Both the position numbers and the translations under genes were made by a program. A stretch of DNA of 64,000 bases from Anaeramoeba ignava BMAN. Lineage: Eukaryota > Protista > Anaeramoebae. The DNA lies in assembly GCA_028826165.1 (NCBI GenBank), contig JAPDFW010000124.1:1-64000 (forward strand), given 5' to 3'. Of this stretch, positions 26,650 through 37,832 are shown in pieces (position 1 is the first letter of the stretch; every line of letters starts with the position of its first letter). The notes beneath the pieces were generated by a model, which did not search any database, had not been told where the DNA came from, and saw nothing but the letters and a program-made list of their open reading frames with translations.

Positions 26650-27195
26650 AAAATTAAAAATTAAAATTAAAATTAAAATTTAAATTAAAATCAAAATTTA
26701 AAATTAAAATTAAAATTAAAATCAAAATCAAAATTAAAATCAAAATTAAAATTAAAATCAAAATTAAAATTAAAATCAAAATTAAAATCAAAATTAAAAT
26801 TAAAATCAAAATCAAAATTAAAAATTAAAATTAAAATTAAAATTAAAATTAAAATCAAAATTAAAATCAAAATTAAAATCAAAATCAAAATCAAAATTAA
26901 AATCAAAATTAAAATTAAAATCAAAATCAAAATTAAAATCAAAATCAAAATTAAAATTAAAATCAAAATCAAAATTAAAATCAAAATCAAAATCAAAATT
27001 AAAATCAAAAATTAAAATTTAAATTTAAATTAAAATTAAAATTAAAATCAAAATTAAAATTAAAATTAAAATCAAAATCAAAAATTAAAATTAAAATTTA
27101 AATTAAAATTTAAATTAAAATTAAAATTAAAATTAAAATTAAAATTAAAATCAAAATCAAAAATTAAAATTAAAATTAAAATCAAAATTAAAATT
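26650..27195. repeat. (AAAATT/AAAATC)n hexamer satellite
   Basis: Read directly; lies between convergent genes. Confidence 0.93.
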
Positions 27196-27319
27196 CTCTT
27201 TTTTTATTTTAATGAAAAACTAAGCTTTTCGTATCACAAAAATTATTGAAAAAATTATTGAAGAAATTATTAAAGAAATTATTAAAGAAATTATTAAAGA
27301 AATTATTAAAAAAAAGTTT

Positions 27320-29932
27320 TCAAATCTTCGTCTCAATCATCTCATGAAAATATTGAGATTCTTCTTCATTATTAAATTGAACCAAAAAAGAATGTTTCAT
27401 TGTTTTAAGTCGAGTAATTCTTATAAAATCTGGATGAACAAAAACTCGAAGATCATCAAAATTCATTGAATAAACTTCTTTATTCTTCATTTGTAAAGTT
27501 ATTTTTTCATTAAAAACACTTAAATTTGCTTTTTCTTGAAAATTCAATTTATTATTTAAAATAATAATTGAAAATTGTTGATTTGGAACTTCTTCATTTT
27601 CACTTTTTCTAAAATGAATTTTTTCAAGTTGAATTGGAGTTCTTTTTGAAATTGAAGATTTTAATTTTAATTTTGATTTTGAATTGGATTTTGAATTAGA
27701 TTTTGAATTAGATTTTGAATTGCTTTTTTGAATTTTTGAATTGTTTCTTTTGTTAATTTCTTGATAAAAATTAAACCGTTTTTTTGGAGAAACAAATTTC
27801 AATATAATTAATCCATTTGATTGAGTATTTAATTTACAAATTCTTTGATCAATTGATTCAAGTTTTACACTTATTTTTTGATAATTTAATGGATAGCTTT
27901 CTTTTGAAGTATTGAGAATCAAAAAATCATTTTCAAAAATAGCACTTCCTGTATCAATAACACGAAAAGAAGAATTCAAAATTTCAACAGCAAATTGATT
28001 TGTCAAAATTTGGAAATTTTGAAGAGAATTATTATTTTGGATTGATTTAGAAGGAGAAAATTTTGAAATTTCTTTTTTTTCTTTTTGAATTGATTTTTTT
28101 TTTTGAATTAAATTTTCTTCTTGAATTAAATTTTCTTCTTGAATTAAATTTTCTTCTTGAATTAAATTTTCTTTTTGAATTAAATTTTCTTTTTGAATTG
28201 AATTTTCTTCTTGAATTAAATTTTCTTTTTGAATTAAATTTTCTTCTTGAATTAAATTTTCTTCTTGAATTAAATTTTCTTCTTGAATTGAATCACCTCT
28301 TACTGGTAATTGTGGTGGTTTTGTTGTTTTTTGTATTTCAAATTCTTTTTTTGAATTTGTTACTAATTCTGAAAATTGAGAAATTTCTTCTTCAGTTGGA
28401 AATGAAACTACAACTGAAACTGAATCAGGAAATCTTATTTTAACAATTTGAGAATTTGATGTATGATAAAATAAATCAAGATAATAAAGTGGAATTTCAA
28501 AAATATAATATGTTTTTGAGAAAAAATTCAACTTTTGATTTGATATTGTTATTTTAACTTCTTCAATAATTTCAAAAAATCCATCTAATAAAAATATTCG
28601 ATAATCCAAATCATTTTGTTCATTTAAATCCTGATTTTCAGAAACGGTTTCAGAATCAAAAACAAAATCATCTAAATCCAATTTTTCAACAATTTGATCT
28701 TGATAAATTCTTTTGTGTTGAATTTTTCTTTTCAAATTTGATTTTTGTTCATTTTTAATATTGATTTCATTTCTTTCCAAATTTCTTTTATCTTCATTTT
28801 TAATATTAATTTCATTTCTTTCCAAATTTGTTTTATCTTCATTTTTAATATTAATTTCATTTCTTTCCAAATTTATTTTATCTTCATTTTTAATATTAAC
28901 TTCAATAGTTTTTGATAACTCTTCTTGTTCTTTTTGCTTCTTTTTCTTTCTAATATAATAATTTTTAGCAAGACTAAAACAAAGAAACAAATCCTTAATT
29001 TCTTCTTCAGTTCCAAGCTCAAAAAAATAATCTCGATCTTTGATTTGAATTTTAACTCGATATTGAAAATTTGTATCCAAATAAAATTCTAATTTTTTGT
29101 TATATCTTGATCGTTTAATTTGAGTTGGAGTAATTAAATTAAATTCATCTTGTTTAAATCTTAATTGAGCTGAATGTAATTTTTCAAATTGAGGATTTAA
29201 TAATTTTGCATAAAATATTTTTCCAATAAAATATTTTTCTGAAGAAAGAAATTGAGTTTTTTTTTCTTTTTCATTTTTTGATTCTTTTTCTAATTTATTT
29301 CTTGATTTATTTTCTAATTTATTTCTTGATTTATTTTTTGATTCTTTTTCTAATTGTTTTTTTGATTCTTTTTTTGATTTATTTTTTGATTTATTTCTTG
29401 ATTTATTTTTTGATTTATTTTTTGATTTATTTCTTGATTTATTTTTTAATTCTTTTTTTGATTTATTTCTTGATTCTTTTTTTAATTCATTTTTTGATTC
29501 TTTTTTTGATTCTTTTTTTGATTCTTTTTCTAATTCATTTCTTGATTCTTTTTTTAATTCATTTCTTGATTCTTTTTTTAATTGCTTTTTTTCCGTTATT
29601 TTTTTTGTTTCAATTTCATCAATTTCATCTGCACTTGTTTTTTGTAAAATATTTTCTTGATTAGTTTTAAATGTTTTAAATTGAGTCAAAAAATTTTGAA
29701 CATCTTTATTTGATGATAATTTAAAATGAAGTTTTTCTGAAGAATTAAGAATTTGAATTTGAAACATTTTTTTCTTTTTTGGATTTTGAAAAATTTTGAA
29801 ATTTTCAATCGATTGACTTGTTTTTTTTGTAAGTATATTTATTGTTGAAAGATTAAAAAAAATATGTGCTTTTTCAATTGATTTTGAATTTTCATTAAGT
29901 AAAGTAATTGACAGTTGATTTTGAGTTGACAT
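27320..29932 (-). CDS. Hypothetical 870-aa protein with five divergent putative PH-like domains and minisatellite-derived linkers
   Basis: Long intact ORF with a recurring beta-rich module ending in F.(S/T/N)xE(E/D)...F. Linkers are (KESK/NKSR)n, (NLERNEINIKNEDK)n, (QEENLI)n and (SNSK)n. Confidence 0.75.
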   Translation of the reverse strand: MSTQNQLSITLLNENSKSIEKAHIFFNLSTINILTKKTSQSIENFKIFQNPKKKKMFQIQILNSSEKLHFKLSSNKDVQNFLTQFKTFKTNQENILQKTSADEIDEIETKKITEKKQLKKESRNELKKESRNELEKESKKESKKESKNELKKESRNKSKKELKNKSRNKSKNKSKNKSRNKSKNKSKKESKKQLEKESKNKSRNKLENKSRNKLEKESKNEKEKKTQFLSSEKYFIGKIFYAKLLNPQFEKLHSAQLRFKQDEFNLITPTQIKRSRYNKKLEFYLDTNFQYRVKIQIKDRDYFFELGTEEEIKDLFLCFSLAKNYYIRKKKKQKEQEELSKTIEVNIKNEDKINLERNEINIKNEDKTNLERNEINIKNEDKRNLERNEINIKNEQKSNLKRKIQHKRIYQDQIVEKLDLDDFVFDSETVSENQDLNEQNDLDYRIFLLDGFFEIIEEVKITISNQKLNFFSKTYYIFEIPLYYLDLFYHTSNSQIVKIRFPDSVSVVVSFPTEEEISQFSELVTNSKKEFEIQKTTKPPQLPVRGDSIQEENLIQEENLIQEENLIQKENLIQEENSIQKENLIQKENLIQEENLIQEENLIQEENLIQKKKSIQKEKKEISKFSPSKSIQNNNSLQNFQILTNQFAVEILNSSFRVIDTGSAIFENDFLILNTSKESYPLNYQKISVKLESIDQRICKLNTQSNGLIILKFVSPKKRFNFYQEINKRNNSKIQKSNSKSNSKSNSKSNSKSKLKLKSSISKRTPIQLEKIHFRKSENEEVPNQQFSIIILNNKLNFQEKANLSVFNEKITLQMKNKEVYSMNFDDLRVFVHPDFIRITRLKTMKHSFLVQFNNEEESQYFHEMIETKI

Positions 29933-30197
29933 TAAAAAATGATTAAAAGTAGAAAATTAAGTAAACAAAATGAATAAATGAAAAAAAATGAAAAAAAAAA
30001 TGAATTGAGAAAAAAAAATTAAATTAAATTAAATTAAAAAGGAGAAAAAAAAATTAATTTTTCTTCTTTTTATTTTTATTTTTATTTTTTATTTTTGCCA
30101 TTTTTTTCCTTTTTATTCTCTTTTTTTCTTTATTATTCTTTTTTTCTTTTTGACTTTCCAAAAATAAAATCAATTTGAAATTTTTTAATTTTTATCA

Positions 30198-32972
30198 ATG
30201 TCTGAATTAAAACTTGTAATAGTTGGAGGAGGAGGAGTTGGAAAATCTGCATTAACGATCCAATTTCTTCAAAATCATTTTATAACTCAGTAAAAAAATA
30301 AAAAAATTAACTGAAAAGATTATTTTTGATTTAAAATAATTTTTGATTTAAAAATAATTTTTGATTTAAAAATAATTTTTGATTTAAAAATAATTTTTGA
30401 TTTAAAAATAATTTTTAATTTAAAAATAATTTTTGATTTATAAATAATTTTTGATTTAAAAATAATTTCTAATTTAAAGATAATTTTTAATTTAAAAATA
30501 ATTTTTGATTTAAAAATAATTTTTGATTTAAAAGATATGATCCAACAATTGAAGAAACTTATAGAAAACAAGTTGTTGTTGATGCAAAAACTTATGTTTT
30601 AAATATTTTGGATACTGCTGGTCAAGAAGATTATTCAGCAATGAGAGAACAATATATGAGAACTGGAGAAGGATTTTTACTTGTTTATTCAATTATTTCT
30701 GAAACTTCTTTTTCTGAAATTGAAGATCTTCGTGATCAAGTTAATTTTAATATTAAATATTGAATTGAATATTGAATTGAATATTAAATTAAATATTGAA
30801 TTAAATATTAAATTAAATATTTAAATATTAAATTAAATATTAGATTAAATATTAGATTAAATATTAGATTAAAAATTGAATTGAATATTGAATTAAATAT
30901 TAGATTAAATATTGAATTAAATATTAAATAATAAATATTAAATTAAATATTAAATTAAATTTAAATTAAATATTAGATTAAATATTAAATTGATTAAATA
31001 TTAGATTAAATATTAGATTAAATATTAGATTAAATATTAGATTAAATATTAAAGATTAAATATTAAATTAAATATTAGATTAAATATTAAAGATTAAATA
31101 TTAAAGATTAAATAAATATTAAATTAAATATTAAATTAAATATTAGATTAAATATTAGATTAAATATTAGATTAAATATTAGATTAAATATTAGATTAAA
31201 TATTAGATTAAATATTGATTAAATATTAGATTAAATATTAGATTAAATATTAGATTAAATAAATATTAGATTAAATATTAGATTAAATATTAAATATTAA
31301 AATTAAATATTAAATTAAATATTGGAATTAAAAATGATTAAATATTGAATTGCCAAATATTTATATTAAATATTAAATTAAATATTAGATTAAATATTCA
31401 TTAGATTAAATATTGAATTTAAATATTAGATTAAATATTAGATTAAATATTAGATTAAATATTAGATTAAATATTAAATTAAATATTAGATTAAATATTA
31501 AATTAAATATTAGATTAAATATTAGATTAAATATTAGATTAAATATTGAATTAAATATTGAATTGAAAATTGAATTGAATATTAAATATTAGATTAAATA
31601 TTAGATTAAATATTAGATTAAATATTAAATTAAAGATTAAATATTAGATTAAATATTGAATTAAATATTAAATATTAAATTAAATATTAAATAGATTAAA
31701 TATTAGATTAAATATTGATTAAATAAATTAAATATTAAATTAAATATTAGATTAAATATTAGATTAAATATTAGATTAAATATTAGATTAAATATTAGAT
31801 TAAATATTAGATTAAATATTAGATTAAATATTAGATTAAATATTAAATTGAATAAATATTAAAAAATAAAATAAATTAAATTGATTAAATAAAAATTAAA
31901 TATTAAAATTAAATATTAAATTAAAATAAATAGATTAAATATTAAATTAAATATTAGATTAAATATTAGATTAAATATTAAAATTAAATTAAAATTAAAT
32001 ATTAAATTAAATATTAGATTAAATATTAAAGATTAAATAAAAATATTAAAATATTAAATTAAATATTAAAATTAAATATTAAATTAAATATTAGATTTAA
32101 ATATTAAATTAAAATTAGATTAAAATATAAATCAAAAAATTAAATATTAAATTAAATATTAAATTAAATATTAAATTAAATATTAAATTAAATATTAAAA
32201 TTAAATAAAAGATTGAATATTGAAAAATTTAAAATTGAAAATTGAATTGAAATATAAATATTAAATAAAAATTAAATATTAAATTAAATATTAGATTAAA
32301 TATTAAATTAAATATTAGATTAAATATTAGATTAAATATTATTAAATTAGATTAAATATTAAATTAAATATTAGATTAAATATTAGATTAAATATTAAAT
32401 TAAATATTAAAATTAAATATTAAAATTAAATAAAAAATTTAATTAAAGATTAAATATTAAAGATTAAAATATTAGATTAAATATTAAATTAAATATTGAA
32501 TTAAATATTAGATTAAATATTAGATTAAATATTAGATTAAATATTAAATATTAGATTAAATATTAAATATTATTAAAGATTAAATATTAGATTAAATATT
32601 AGATTAAATATTAGATTAAATATTAGATTAAATATTAAAGATTGAATATTAAAGATTAAATATTAGATTAAATATTAAAAATTAAATATTTAATATTGAA
32701 TGTTTTAGATTGTTAGAGTTAAAGATCAATCTATTTTTCCAATGGTTCTTGCTGGGAATAAATATGATTTAAATGATGATAGAATAATTGAATCAAAAAG
32801 AGGTGAAGAATTAGCAAAAACATTCCAATGTCCTTTTATAGAAACTTCAGCAAAAACTAAACATAATGTTGAAGAATGTTTTCATGCTTTAGTCAGAGAA
32901 ATTGTGAAAATGAGAGAAACAAACCAACAATCAAAACCAAAGAAAAAAAAGAAAAGATGTTCTCTTCTTTAA
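30198..32972 (+). CDS. ras: Ras-family GTPase. Exons: 30198-30289, 30535-30739, 32709-32972
   Basis: [65 protein letters not shown], a polybasic tail and CaaX CSLL. Confidence 0.96.
30318..30532 (+). repeat. 18-bp intronic repeat (TTTTGATTTAAAAATAAT)n
   Basis: Fills Ras intron 1. Confidence 0.9.
30750..32690 (+). repeat. ~1.9-kb intronic satellite (ATTAGATTAAAT/ATTAAATTAAAT)n
   Basis: Fills Ras intron 2. Confidence 0.93.
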
Positions 32973-33102
32973 AAGAAAAAAAAACTTTATTTTTGAATTT
33001 TTTTGTTTTGTTTTTGATTCTTTTGATTCTTTTGATTTTTTATTTTGAAATGTTAAAGAAAAAAAAAAGTGGATCAAAAAAAAAAAAGCAAAAAAAATCT
33101 TT

Positions 33103-34136
33103 TTATAATATTTCAGTAAGTGATGAATTATTTAATCTAAATCTAATTCCAAATCTAAAATGTAAATAAATATATAATTGAATCAAATTAAGAAAAGCAC
33201 CAATAGAACTTGGAATAGTAACAAAAATATCCGAAATAACAATTCCATAAAAAATCCAAGAAAAATTAACACAAAAAGAAATAATTGAAGCGAAAAAAAG
33301 AATTTGATTTGGATTATTTTTTGTTTGAAAAATCCTTCTCTATTTAAATTAAAAGAAAATATTTAAATAGAAAGAAAACAAACTAATTTAAAATTTGGAA
33401 AATACAAATTGATAAAGAGGTGTTATTTGAATTGCTAAATCAAAAATAACTGCAAATATTCCATAAAGTAATTCTTTTGTCTGAATTGAAAAAATAACAG
33501 ATCCTAATAATGCTAAACTTATCATAACTCCAATAAAACGAAAAGGGAATTTTAATTCATTCTAAATTTGAAATGAAAAAAATTTAAATTTGAATTTAAA
33601 ATCAAATTTAAGATTTAAATTAACTTTATGAGTTGAATGATTGAAACTGATTGAAGAATAATAAGCACTAAAAAAAATTCCAATAAAATGCATTAAAGTT
33701 AAAGCGACTTCTTTTTGAGTTAAACTACAAATTTATTTTCATTTATAATTTGATTTGATTTAAATTTAATTTGATTTAAATTTGATTTGATTTAAATTTG
33801 ATTTGATTTAAATTTATTTTGATTTATATTTAATTTGATTTAAATTTATTTTAATAAAAACCCATATAAAAACCAAGTTATATTGCTAAGTAACATAACA
33901 AATTCTATAATTGGTCTTTCTATTTTTAAAATTAAATTTTTAGTTTTGCTTGTATTTAATGCTTCTGGTCTAAAAAATAAATCAAATAAATTGAATAAAT
34001 TTAAATTAAAATTTAAATTGAATTCTTATTTCTTTTTTAAAAAGAAAATTGAAGTAAAAAATCACAAAGGAGTTAATAATTCTACAAAAGTAAAAAAACC
34101 AGCAGAAAATGAAACAATTATTTTAAAAGAAGGCAT
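33103..34136 (-). CDS. SWEET/MtN3-saliva family transporter (not in the ORF track). Exons: 34136-34066, 33969-33862, 33724-33625, 33561-33406, 33339-33103
   Basis: Spliced translation: MPSFKIIVSFSAGFFTFVELLTPLPEA...SNITWFLYGLTQKEVALTLMHFIGIFF...LYGIFAVIFDLAIQITPLYQFRRIFQTK...NFSWIFYGIVISDIFVTIPSSIGAFLNLIQLYIY. It shows two MtN3 halves, each with (T/S)PL and WxxYG motifs. Confidence 0.82.
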
Positions 34137-34437
34137 TTTATATTTTTATTTTTATTTATATTTATATTTTTTATTTCCTTATTTTTAAAAATGAAAAAAA
34201 GAAAGAAAGAAAGAAAAAATGATTTTTAAAAAGAGAAAAAAAAATTATCAAAAAAAAAATCTTTTTCCTTTTTTTTTAATCTAACATTTTTCAAACTGAA
34301 AAAAAAAAAGAAAAAGAAGAAGAGAAATAAGAATCAAAAAAAAAATAGTGTTATTTTGAAATTTCAAAAAGAAAATTTAAAAGAAAATTATTGAAAAATT
34401 ATTTCTTTGTTGTTTAAAATTGTTTTTTTTTAAAATT

Positions 34438-36573
34438 TTAATTTTGATTTGTTTTTGTTTTTGGTTTTGGAACAGTTTTTCTGTTTCTAACTGATTTATG
34501 AAGACGAAATCCAAATATTTGAGGTGTATATTTTTGAAGAAGTGGTTTTGGTTTAAATTGTGGAAATACTTTTAAGAAAAAATGTGGAAAAGTTGTTCCA
34601 AAATAAGCTCCATCAATATCTAAAATTAAAATTCATTTTAAAATTAAAATTAAAATTAAATTTAAAATCAAAATTTTAATATTAAAATTAAAATTAAAAT
34701 TAAAATTAAAATTAAAATTCAAATTAAAATTAAAATCAAAATTAAAATCAAAATTAAAATTAAAATTAAAATTAAAATTAAAATTAAAATTAAAATTAAA
34801 ATTAAAATTAAAATTAAAATTAAATTTAAAATTAAAATTAAAATTAAAATTAAAATTAAAATTAAAATTAAAATTAAAATTAAAAATTAAAATTAAAATT
34901 AAAAATTAAAAATTAAAATTAAAATTAAAATTAAAAATTAAAATTAATAGTTTAGGAACAAAATTAAATATTAAAATTAAAATTAAAATAAAATTAAAAT
35001 TAAAATTAAAAAAAATTTAAAATTAAAATAAAATTTAAAATAAAAATTAATTTTTATTTAAAATTAATAAAATTAAAATTAAAATTAAAATTGGCCAAAA
35101 GGAAGAAATTAAAAATTAAAAATTGGAAATTTTCCAAATTCAAATTTTGAATTTTTAAAATTAAAATTAAAAATAAGAAAAATTAAAATTGTTTTAAAAT
35201 TAAAATTTTCATCTTAAAATTAAAATTAAAATTAAAAATTAAAATTAAAATTAAAATTAAAATTAAAATTAAAATTAAAATTAAAATTAAAATTAAAATT
35301 AAAATTAAAATTAAAATTAAAATTAAAATTAAAATTAAAATTAAAATTAAAATCAAAATTAAAATAAAATTAAAATTAAAATTTATTTAAAATTGAATTT
35401 AAAATTAAAATTATTAAAATTAAAATTAAAATTAAAATTAAAATTATTTAAAATTAAAAATTAAAATTAAAAATTAAAAATTAAAAATTAAAATTAATAT
35501 TAAAATCAAAATTAAAATTAAAATTAAAATTAAAAATTAAAATTAAAATTAAAATTAAAATTAAAATTAAAATTAAAATTAAAATTAAAATATTAAAATT
35601 AAAATTAAAATTAATATTAAAATTAAAATTAAAATTTATTTATAAAATTAAAATTAAATTTAAATATTAAAATTAAAATTAAAATTAAAATTAAAATTAA
35701 AATTAATATTAAAATTAATATTAAAATTAAAATTAAAATTAAAATTAAAATTAAAATTAAAATTAAAATTAAAAATTAAAATTAAAATTATAATTAAAAT
35801 TAAATTTAAAATAGAATTAAAATTGGATTGTTAAATTGATTGGATTAAAATTTAAATATCAACTTGAATGTCGTGCAAGTTTAGGAAAATAAATTTCTTG
35901 GCATCTTGGACAAAATAATTTAACTGTATCCTAAATTATTTTAAAATAAAATAAAATTTAAAATAAAAATCAATTTTTATTTTATTAATAAATTACTTGT
36001 CGAAGGCTTTCAGATTGGCCAACAGGAAGACAAGGTTGTTTTTCACAATAAAAATGTGGACATTTTCCAAATTCCGCATTTTGGAATTTTTTGGCCTTAA
36101 TTATAAAAAAAATAAGAAAAAAATTAAATTGTTTTGAATAAAAATTTTTTCATCTTTTTAAAAAGATATTTTATAATTTTATTACCATTGCTTGTAATCC
36201 AGAAGGAGTTAAAATATATCGACTATGTATTAATCCATAAAGCATCTCTGCAGCACTTTCAATAACTTCTTGTTGTTCTTCAGTAAGATCATCTGATAAA
36301 ATTATTTATAAAATTATTTATTTATTAATTTATTTATTAATTTATTTATTTATTTAATTTATTTATTAATTTATTTATTAATTTATTTATTAATTTATTT
36401 ATTAATTTATTTATTAATTTATTTATTAATTTATTTATTAATTTATTTATTAATTTATTTATTAAATTTATTTATTAAATTATTTATTAAATTATTTATT
36501 AATTTATTTATTAAATTATTTATTAATTTATTTATTAATTTATTTATTAATTTATTTAATTAAATTATTTAAT

Positions 36574-36608
<35 letters not shown>

Positions 36609-37323
36609 TTAAATTTATTTATTAAATTTATTTATTAAATTATTTATTAATTTATTTATTAAATTTATTTATTAAATTTATTTATTAAATTTATTTATTA
36701 ATTTATTTATTAATTTATTTATTAAATTATTTATTAAATTATTTATTAATTTATTTATTAATTTATTTATTAATTTATTTATTAAATTATTTATTAATTT
36801 ATTTATTAAATTATTTATTAAATTATTTATTAATTTATTTATTAATTTATTTATTAAATTATTTATTTATTAATTTATTAATTTATTTATTAAATTATTT
36901 ATTAATTTATTTATTAATTTATTTATTAATTTATTTATTAATTTATTTATTAAATTTATTTATTAATTTATTTATTTATTAAATTTATTTATTTATTTAT
37001 TAAATTATTTATTAATTTATTTATTTATTTATTTATTAATTTATTTATTAATTTATTTATTAATTTATTTATTAATTTATTTATTAAATTATTTATTAAA
37101 TTATACCTAAGTCTTCAATTTCTTCATCTCTAATAACTGAAATTGCATAATTGTAATAAGGAATTTGTGAAGAAAGTCCAGTTAAATTAAAGTTATCATT
37201 TATATATGATTCATCAACTTGACAAAAAAATTCATTTCCTTTTAAAGAACAAAACCATGAAACCCAAGAAACAGGTTGATTTTCATTAATAATTTGTTTT
37301 GGTTGTTCTTGTTCAATTGACAT
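34438..37323 (-). CDS. CSNK2B: Casein kinase II regulatory (beta) subunit. Exons: 37323-37107, 36292-36186, 36095-35997, 35930-35864, 34619-34438
   Basis: [90 protein letters not shown] and [11 protein letters not shown]. Confidence 0.96.
34625..35820. repeat. Intronic (AAAATT)n
   Basis: Fills CK2 beta intron 4. Confidence 0.9.
36312..37100. repeat. Intronic 12-bp (TTTATTTATTAA)n
   Basis: Fills CK2 beta intron 1. Confidence 0.92.
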
Positions 37324-37370
37324 AACAAAAAAAAATGAAAAGAAAAAAATGAAAAAAAATAAAAAAAAAT

Positions 37371-37712
37371 TTTTATTTAAATGAAAATGAAAAAGATTTT
37401 ATAATTGAAAGAAAAGAAAAACAATATAAATTTCCTAAATTAATATTAATAATGAGAAGTGAATTATATCGAGGAATGTTTTTATCTGTAACAAATGATA
37501 CTTCTAATAAAGTTACAGATTATAGTGAATTAAGTAATAAATCATTTCAAATATTTGAATATTGGATTTATTCAAATCAAATCAAAGATGAAATTCAAAT
37601 TAATCAAGAAATCATTGATGAAATTCAAATTGGAATTGATTATTTTCAATTAAATCAAACAAATCCAAATTTATTTGATTTATTAATTAACAAATTTAAT
37701 AATCAAAATTAA
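37371..37712 (+). pseudogene. 5'-truncated copy of the 3' end (last BTB domain) of an RCC1-BTB gene
   Basis: Nearly identical to 39259-39610 (..[34 protein letters not shown]..). It starts abruptly ~50 bp from the CK2 beta ATG. Confidence 0.8.
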
Positions 37713-37832
37713 AATTAAAATTAAAATTAAAATTAAAATTAAAATTAAAATCAAAATTAAAATTAAAATTAAAATTAAAATTAAAATTAAAATTAAAATC
37801 CAAAATTAAAATTCATTTTTTTCTTTTCAAAA

